Below, in pieces: positions 34,301-41,777 of a DNA stretch of 64,000 nt. The stretch spans positions 192,001 through 256,000 of the forward strand of contig CP000067.1 in NCBI GenBank assembly GCA_000002445.1, in the 5' to 3' direction. Within the stretch, counting starts at the first letter, position 1; the number at the start of each line of letters is the position of its first letter. Source of the DNA: Trypanosoma brucei. Lineage: Eukaryota. Position numbers and translations under genes: made by a program. A model generated the notes under the pieces. That model saw only the letters and a list, made by a program, of their open reading frames with translations, was not told where the DNA came from and searched no databases.

Positions 34301-36160
34301 TGTCGAGGAGATAGAGCCATCCTTTACATCAATCTCTCGCAACATGTACTCTTGAAGCTGCAACAACTGTGCATGCAAAATGTCAGGCTGTAAAGAATGG
34401 AGTCTGTACAGTAACAACATGGCCTGATCCCGCACACCACGGCAGACGTCATTACGGGACATAAATAAAGCATCTATGTTGTCCAGTTGGACGAGATATG
34501 GCTCAAACACGGGCGAGAGCCTTTTCAGAGTATAGTAGCGTATTTCCATTTGCCTGTCCGTCACCGCAACGTCAAGCAGGCTCTCTACGGCAATTTTAAC
34601 CCTACTGTTCAGTTGCGTAATAGTGGCGTCTACATGGCTCCCTTGGCAACTTCCCCCCTTGTCGGGAGACAGAAGAACCTCACAAAGACTAACGACTGTG
34701 CCGACAGCCGCACGTCTGACATCAGTGTGTTTGTGAAATACAAGACCAACCGCGCTCTCAAGTGCCTCAGTGTATCGTAGTGTTTCGAGGAAAGAGAGGG
34801 ATCGCACCAAGACATCGACGTCACTATCGGGTGAGAGATCAATATTGCACTCTTCGAGCCAATCCACATTGGATGGGGCGCGATTCCCCATGAAATGAAG
34901 AAGTGCAGCAACCTTCTCGACGCTGTTGAGCACATCGGCTCGCTCAAGCAAATCATACACCCCAAAAACACATTGCTCTCCACATTGAGTTCGCAAATAG
35001 TCAAGTATTTCAAAAGCTAGTTGATTAAAAGGAGATTTCGCTATGAAGTCACTCACAGCGTCGACAGTGAGCACTGCATGCGACTCGATATTATTGAGGG
35101 ATTTGATAACACTTCTAAAAGTGGTGAGTGCGCTTAAGGCAACAGCCTCGTCGCCACCAGAGATGTAGGACAAAAGATTTTTCATGACCAAATCGTACAA
35201 TTTTTCGTCCTTGACTAAAAGGGGAAGAATTTTTCCCGTTGCGCGTGCGGCCCTAACACGAACGTCCTCGGTGTATACCCTCCAGTCACGTTGCACCACG
35301 AAGGAAGCAACAGCTTCTAGCGACCACGGCACAGTCTGCAAAGTAGAAGATGCCGATATTGCGTCAATTACCGTTAAGAGTCCGGTTATGTGTTTTTCCT
35401 CAGTTGCTGACGATAAGTGAGACGTCATGGTGCTGGCCATCTGCTCCGCCATTGAGGCGGTCACCTCAATACAGTGACTTTCCGCGATGTTAACAAGGAG
35501 ACGTGTTAGTGCTTGGCGGTGCCAATTATCGTTACTTTCCATGATTTCGTGTATGAGACAAGGTGGCGAGCAGGGTGTGTTCAGCAGGTCCAAAAGAGCA
35601 GGACTCCGCTTGATCACCACAGCCCCTGCATCCACCATGGTGGCAACCGTTTGGCAACCTACAGCCTTAGCACGAGTAACCGAGCTGGACTGCATTGTGG
35701 TAATGGCTCGCCCAAAATGCTTCCCAAGAAGGTCAGATGTGGAGCGCACATTTTCCCTTAGCACCTCTCCCATTTCCTGCAAAATGGTGTTGCAATCCGC
35801 CTCGTTTGTTGTCTCACAAACCTTCCGTACGAGAAGAGTAAAACATCTACACCTCAATTCGTGTGGGTCCCCCAAATGTACATCAAACACGACACGAAGA
35901 GATTTGACCCCTTTGCTAATTGAAACACCGAAAGTGTCGCACAACAGTTGGAAAATATAGTCGATCAAACAATGTTCACTCAGCTCCAGTGCATGCGCCA
36001 CGAGGATATCGAGCAGCGCGGAAAGGCACTCCTCTACACGACGGGGGCGGTCATCAGGTGCGTTCTGAAGGTTTGAAAATACTAGTCCAAACTGGCGTGT
36101 AAGTGCAGAAGCACTGTCACCGAAAGGCCTTGATGACCTCGGACTCTCTATATTTGACAT
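28373..36160 (-). CDS. TOR3: TOR-family phosphatidylinositol-3-kinase-related kinase with an inserted PDZ domain (kinetoplastid TOR3 / TOR-like 1 architecture)
   Basis: The track ORF starts at TTG (36229); the first ATG is 36158-36160 ([10 protein letters not shown]...). From the N-terminus: HEAT/FAT helical repeats; a PDZ domain at about residues 1372-1446 ([67 protein letters not shown]); an FRB-like region ([16 protein letters not shown]...[17 protein letters not shown]); the PI3K/PI4K catalytic domain ([26 protein letters not shown]...[27 protein letters not shown]); and a terminal FATC (...[14 protein letters not shown]). Confidence 0.85.
   Translation of the reverse strand: [2595 protein letters not shown]
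28910..29782 (-). other. PI3K-like catalytic (kinase) domain of the TOR-like kinase
   Basis: [13 protein letters not shown] (catalytic loop region), HIDFGDCFE (DFG-equivalent) and [28 protein letters not shown]. Confidence 0.75.
31892..32116 (-). other. PDZ domain inside the TOR-like kinase
   Basis: The GLGF-like carboxylate-binding loop (PGGPGALAG) followed by the beta-strand and alpha-helix spacing of a PDZ domain, mapped by residue count. Confidence 0.6.
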
Positions 36161-36199
36161 TCGGCTCCAGCAGAAATGAGTACCCACAAGCAGAAATAT

Positions 36200-36245
36200 G
36201 TATATGTGAGCGCTAACAAGCAAAGACAAAAGAACAGAGGGTCAC
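36200..36245 (-). promoter_or_regulatory. Polypyrimidine tract / candidate splice-acceptor region upstream of the TOR-like kinase
   Basis: The minus strand reads ccctctgttcttttgtctttgcttgttAGcgctcac..., followed about 45 nt later by the ATG at 36160. Confidence 0.35.
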
Positions 36246-36896
36246 TAAGACCTCTGCGTGTTCTCCCCTTCGTTCCCTACTCGAAACCTTACTTGCCAAC
36301 AACTGCCTCCCTCCCTTTATTCTTCCTCACCAACTCTTTGCTCCACTCACACCCTATGGGATGTCAGCGTCTCAGCTCCTCCGAGAGCCACAACCGCGAC
36401 CTCCCTCCTACCAGCAACGCAGAACGGGGAAGGGAGAAATTGTCACGGAACGAAACCAAGACGACAGCACCAAGCAAAGTTTAGAAAGTAATAAGTTATC
36501 CGAATAGAAACAACAACGGCATGAGTTTCATCGTAAAACCATAGAAGAAAATACGGAAGCACAAACACGCACGCATATCGGCATCCATGGTGCTGTTAGC
36601 TAACAATGCCGTTCACACTACATGAGCGCTATACACAAACCCGCACACAATCAAACACAATTAGACCAACAATCTGCTGCGTACTCTCCCTCAACGGCTG
36701 TAGCACTCCTCCGTTTACGAGGTCGCGACACATATAACAAGTAGCAAAACAGTTCATGACAAACATGAAAATTAAGAAGATGTCATAGAAGTTATCAACC
36801 GCAGGCGGCACCGGCGGCACTAAGGCAGCGGTGACGGTGATGCTTATTCAGCCGAATTGTTCGTAAAGAGCGGTGAATAAGAGAAGGTGGATTCGA

Positions 36897-38348
36897 TCAT
36901 ACGGTCGTTAATGAGGTCTCATTTGAAGAGTTTCCACGCGGCACATTCAACGCGAACGTAATCGACTCACTGGTAACGTTCAGCAACGGTTCTGTGGTGT
37001 TATCAAAAATCGTTATCGTTGAGATTTTCTCGTTGACCGCAGGGATTACCTTGTCTCTGAGCTCCCTCGAAAGTATGTCGTTCAGCGTGAGCTGATCAAT
37101 CGCTCCAATATTTGAAGTTTCTACATCAATCGCCAGGTCAAGCAAATCCATTTCCAAAGGGATGGCACCGCTGGAGTCAAAATAAAGGCTTGACAGAGAA
37201 ACTGTCGTGTTACACAGTAGTCTCATCGCGGGAATGGGATCACCTTCAGGGGGTTTCATTTCCAACGCCAGTCGGATGCCTAAAAGATGGAGAATGAGGC
37301 TATCCAAACCTACGGGTTCCAAATGCACCGCAGTCTCCGCCTTAACTGAAACCATGAAGGGGCAATCTGGACAGAGAAGGTAAGCCTCGGGGTACATGGC
37401 ACTTATCAAAGAGGTGTTAAACTCCTGGGCGAACTTTTTGGTAAATTTCACAATACTTTTATTAACGAGAGGGACCAAGACAGTGTTTACAGCAGTAAAG
37501 GAAGCAACTACACCGAAGCTTCTTTCGGGAAAGGGCACGTCAAGTAGAGGAGTCTTGGCGGACGAATTCGACCCCCCTCCCGGGGATGGAGCAACAATTG
37601 TCACCAAAACCTGCAACTCCCCATCGGTAATTTTCGGGCTTTCTGGGAAAACAAGAGGTGCTGTGGCAATAAAATCGTTCAATTTTTCTTCCAGTGGACC
37701 CATTGCCGCCCGTGGAATCTCCCCCTGCAGGTTGCCCATAATGCTTCCCTCCTGCTGTTTAATGAATTTGATTATAAAGTTATCGAACACCATGCACCAA
37801 TTGACCAACTTTGGCGTTAAGTTTAACTTGGCGAACCGAACGTTCATATCGTCAACGGTTATCTTCAGTTTTTCGTCATCATCTACGGAAAGGCCCAACA
37901 CAAGGGAAGCGCTAGAAACCGCAACTGATGCTCGGACCTTCCCTCTACATGAGGTAATCACCAAACTCTTGCTGAAGGTTGTGTCCTCCGCGTCTGCAAC
38001 GATATCAGTCACATTCAACACAAGCTTGTTCGGATGCTTTATTTCGAGGGAAATGTTTCCGATTTTTATGCCAGTAATGGGAATATCACCCAACTGAATG
38101 CCATTTACCTCCCGTGACGGAATAGTGTACTTACCGAGCATATTATTTACCATCTTAACTACGGTAGGCATGATGTTGGCAATGGCCGTGTCGTTGACTA
38201 CCAGTGCGACGTCCCCAGAGGGAAATGGTTCACCAGAGAGTTCAATGGAGCCAGCGTCGCTCCCCGTCGGAAGGGCAATGATGCGACCCAATGACTGTGA
38301 CACATGGTAGAACAGTGTCACATACAGCAAAAGGAACAACTTCGGCAT
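36897..38348 (-). CDS. Secreted, heavily N-glycosylatable protein (483 aa) with a signal peptide; possible BPI/LBP/TULIP-like lipid-binding fold
   Basis: ATG at 38346-38348. N-terminus MPKLFLLLYVTLFYHVSQSLG is a signal peptide. At least 14 NxS/T sequons (NDT, NIS, NVT, NLT, NSS, NKS, NTS, NTT, NVT, NSS, NET...). No C-terminal hydrophobic or GPI signal. Alternating hydrophobic beta-strand periodicity runs through two halves of about 230 aa, as in BPI-fold barrels. Confidence 0.55.
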   Translation of the reverse strand: MPKLFLLLYVTLFYHVSQSLGRIIALPTGSDAGSIELSGEPFPSGDVALVVNDTAIANIMPTVVKMVNNMLGKYTIPSREVNGIQLGDIPITGIKIGNISLEIKHPNKLVLNVTDIVADAEDTTFSKSLVITSCRGKVRASVAVSSASLVLGLSVDDDEKLKITVDDMNVRFAKLNLTPKLVNWCMVFDNFIIKFIKQQEGSIMGNLQGEIPRAAMGPLEEKLNDFIATAPLVFPESPKITDGELQVLVTIVAPSPGGGSNSSAKTPLLDVPFPERSFGVVASFTAVNTVLVPLVNKSIVKFTKKFAQEFNTSLISAMYPEAYLLCPDCPFMVSVKAETAVHLEPVGLDSLILHLLGIRLALEMKPPEGDPIPAMRLLCNTTVSLSSLYFDSSGAIPLEMDLLDLAIDVETSNIGAIDQLTLNDILSRELRDKVIPAVNEKISTITIFDNTTEPLLNVTSESITFALNVPRGNSSNETSLTTV

Positions 38349-38925
38349 GGGTGCAGTGGCAACAAAGCTTCTGTAAATTTCTTCTGTGACACACTATTCA
38401 ATGGGCAGATTGGGGGGGTGGGGGGGCACCTCAGTTACACAATCAGAGCTGCCCTATTAATCAACTGATAATAAGAAAAACAACGGAGGGCGAAGTGAAA
38501 GTACTTGCGCATAGGCCGCTAACCGCAAGAAATGCTGTCGATATATATGTGTGTACGTATGTATGAACACTTGCGTCCGCAACTTGCGTTACCATGCACT
38601 GGAGAGCGCGCCACAAAAAAAAAGACAAACCTTCACAAACATGCAAAAACCTTTATTGTACAACGTTGGTGATCCAAGTACAAACAATACAAAAAGTCGT
38701 TAGCTTTCCCCACACTAAGTCTTTCTCTTGACTTTGATAAGCTGGAAACCTCACCATACTTACTATACTTACAACCCCCCCCCCGTAGTTCTTCCACTAT
38801 CCCTCCATGTGCGTCACGGAAAACTGATATACGCACTTACAAAACGTAGAAACGAGCAAAAATCCATACCCCCAAACAACGTTCAACACACAAACGAGTG
38901 AGGGCTGAACCAGCGATAACTCTAC

Positions 38926-40071
38926 TTAACTTCCAGATGCGGGGAAAGGACGCTGGCCTCCATAGCAACGCTGCGTAAATACACTTTGAGGTGAATAACG
39001 AAGCCCCCTGCTATGTATGGAATACAAGTTGTTGACAAGAGGATCAGTCACAGAGAGTTGGGGATTTATGGGGATCACAAGCTCGACGAGTCCGGAGTCA
39101 ACAGAAAGCAGTTGGGCGACATCACCACCCCTTTCACCAGCCGACCTCAACCTGGATGCGATACGGCGCAGAACACCGGCGACGAACCGCAGTGTGTCGT
39201 CGGAATTAGCGGGTTGGACATAATCCTCAACAAGTATGCTGTGCCGCGGCTGTCGGTGTACAGAAAGCGGGTTATTTTCAAGGCACAGCACTCGATCCAA
39301 AGGCCGACCCAGTAATGAGAGGTCCTTCACGCCCCCACAGTCCTCCTTGAACCAGCGGTGGTGACGAGAAATAATATGATGGTACCAGGCACGCCTCTGC
39401 ACAACCGTCGTTATCGCTTGCACTAACTCATTAACGTGGGAAGCGGTTCCAGCTGACCAAACCACAACTTCACAACCCTCCTCATGACAGACGTCGAACA
39501 GCTCCTTCAGGTGCGGTCGCAAGTGAGCACAACCACCCCGAGCGGCAACAAGTGTCTCATCCAAGTCAACAACAAAACACAATGGCGCGCCCGGGGGACC
39601 TCCACCCTGCGGGAGTAGCACTCCTTTTCTTTTCCCTTGAGAGCGACGGGTGGAAACTCGGCGCACCGGTGGCGCCGTAACTTCTTTTCGTGAGCGCCGC
39701 CTGCGGTCCTCTACGGTGTAAAGCGAGCAAAAAAGAAAGGGCCGTAGTTCCTGCAAAATGCTCATGTTGCCGTCATCGTCATCATAGTCACTAGAGTCGG
39801 AGCTCTCCAGCAGGGCGTCTTGAATAACATCGTTAATAACATCGAAATCAGACAACTCAGAGCTTTCATCGTCATCGCTGCATGAAAATGCGCTACCTGC
39901 TATTGTAACGTAAGAGGACTGAGGCGAGCGCACAGGAGAGGTGGGTTCGTCCCCACGAAAGCTCCTACTTTGTCTTGTTTGCCGTCTAACTGCAATTCGG
40001 TTCCTCCTTTCACCACGGTAGCGCGAAGGGGAACCCGTTGTGGAGGGTCTCTTCCTACACTTCCTGCTCAT
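38926..40071 (-). CDS. FCP1/NIF (CTD-small-phosphatase-like) HAD-family protein phosphatase with an Arg/Ser-rich and acidic N-terminal extension
   Basis: ATG at 40069-40071. The catalytic DxDx(T/V) motif sits in CFVVDLDETLVAARGG. Downstream: VVWSAGTASHVNELV and KDLSLLGRPLDRVLCLENNPLSVHRQPRHSILVEDY, the NIF-domain consensus. The N-terminus has RRQTRQSRSFRGDEPTSPVRSPQSS then DDDESSELSDFD...DSSDYDDDDG. Confidence 0.7.
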   Translation of the reverse strand: MSRKCRKRPSTTGSPSRYRGERRNRIAVRRQTRQSRSFRGDEPTSPVRSPQSSYVTIAGSAFSCSDDDESSELSDFDVINDVIQDALLESSDSSDYDDDDGNMSILQELRPFLFCSLYTVEDRRRRSRKEVTAPPVRRVSTRRSQGKRKGVLLPQGGGPPGAPLCFVVDLDETLVAARGGCAHLRPHLKELFDVCHEEGCEVVVWSAGTASHVNELVQAITTVVQRRAWYHHIISRHHRWFKEDCGGVKDLSLLGRPLDRVLCLENNPLSVHRQPRHSILVEDYVQPANSDDTLRFVAGVLRRIASRLRSAGERGGDVAQLLSVDSGLVELVIPINPQLSVTDPLVNNLYSIHSRGLRYSPQSVFTQRCYGGQRPFPASGS

Positions 40072-40772
40072 ACAGTTGTTTCAACGGCAAATACTCACAG
40101 TGACACCGGTTCCAGTCCTTCTCCGTGCCCCGCTCCCCCCCCCCTGCGGTCACTATTAGCTTTTGCTAATGCAGAGAAGTTTACTCTTTTCTCTTGTTTT
40201 GCCTCGCTTCTACGCTCCTAAGGAACAAAGTGAGGGGGGAAAAAACGCTCACTTAGTTGTGTGGCGCTGACTTAAGCCGACCTTCGACAATGTATTGCTG
40301 AACACTCCAAACAGCTCCCCACTGCCTCCATTCGACAATCGTTTTCTGTCCTTCTTTTCCTGCGAAGTAATAAATGAAGCTGAAGTACAATTAAGCAAGT
40401 ACATAACTTTATGTACCCACCCATCCGTTCACAGGAACGCGCACGCAAACACGCATATGACCAAACCGCAGGGGAGGAAAAACAAAAAAAAACAAGCTCC
40501 TTCTTTTCTTTTGTCAGTCACCGCCGCAGCCGTCAGACATAAAAACGAAAACCCAACCCTTAGTACCACACTCCTCTTTCCGGGCAAAACGTGGTAAATG
40601 AATGGACAACATGTGACGTAAGACAAAACAAAACGAGCGCATCATCGAAAGTTAATAATAATGATAACGATAATGATAATGATAATTACAGTGGTTATTG
40701 TGGTAACCTCAGGTTGATACAGCTCTGTGTGGGAACGAAAGGAGAGAAACCTACAGCTTTTACATGTCTCGG

Positions 40773-41063
40773 TTACGACACAATGCCTTCCTCCTCCAAC
40801 TCCCTCCGCTTGATGCGTTCATTTCGGGCCTCTATTTTCTTTTGATCCTCCGTTGCAACATCGTATGGGTTGCCGCGTAAACGGTACCGCGGGTTTACGG
40901 CATTCACCTTGCATAAGGTCCAATTCCGCCGTTCCATGAAGCATTCACTAGCAGCTACACAATCCTCCACACTTTGCTTCTCTTCAAAGCATTTCGTTGA
41001 GACTATACATTCAATCAAGGCATTCTTGGGGCGCCAACAGATGCTTTTGTTCTCCTTTTCCAT
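40773..41063 (-). CDS. Small (about 97 aa) protein with three consecutive Cx9C motifs (CHCH-like; probably mitochondrial intermembrane space)
   Basis: The first ATG is 41061-41063 (MEKENKSICWRPKNALIECIVSTKCFEEKQSVEDCVAASECFMERRNWTLCKVN...). The Cys spacing is C-x9-C-x5-C-x9-C-x5-C-x9-C. The longer track ORF is upstream junk. Confidence 0.5.
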   Translation of the reverse strand: MEKENKSICWRPKNALIECIVSTKCFEEKQSVEDCVAASECFMERRNWTLCKVNAVNPRYRLRGNPYDVATEDQKKIEARNERIKRRELEEEGIVS

Positions 41064-41777
41064 GAATGAGTCACCTTGGCTCACGAAATAATTGGCGACC
41101 AGGTGCAACAAAAAAAAAGGAAGAGCAGTCAAGTAAAGGAGAAAAAAAAGTGAGTGAACGAGTAGAAAGTAATCAAATATTGACGAAAAAAGACAACCAG
41201 CTGCGAAACAAAGAAGCAGGTGCGAGGTACGAGTGAAAAAGTGGCAACAAACCATTGGATAAACGGATAAATGAGCAAGCGCTCAACCCCTTGAAGGACG
41301 GCAGAATATCACACAAACAGTTCTCCGCGAGGTCGATACGACGTTTATCAGTAGGAGGGAATGGTGTACTGAGAAAGCGGTTAAGATAGTAAACAACAAC
41401 AACACATAAAACAAAACTTTCCGGAAACATGAAACATTCCGCAGAATAATCATTCGGTTGCCGACACGAAATCTCATCCCCGCGTGCCGAGTTGCACTTG
41501 AAAAATAAAAAGTAACGAAACGCCAACAAGAATAACGCAGTGTTGACAACGGAGAAAGGGGGAAAAGAAAAAAACACCGTAGACTGAGCTGTGGAGAAGG
41601 AGGGAGTAGAGAACAACGAAAAACGCAAGCGGGAGAAGAGAAAGGAGATAAAAAGAAGGAGGAAAGCGCGTTACTAACCACAACAACAGGATTCTTTACT
41701 GCCACGGAATGGGCACGCCTTGACGCGTTTTGCCCACAACATAATTGAAGCTCCTCCTTCCTCCTCCTCTCTTTCCA

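Noticed and set aside
41173-41705. 151/140/70-aa minus-strand ORFs upstream of the Cx9C gene
   Set aside because: Overlapping, mutually exclusive frames with F/L/S low-complexity content. They correspond to the pyrimidine-rich 5' region of the Cx9C gene's mRNA, not to proteins.
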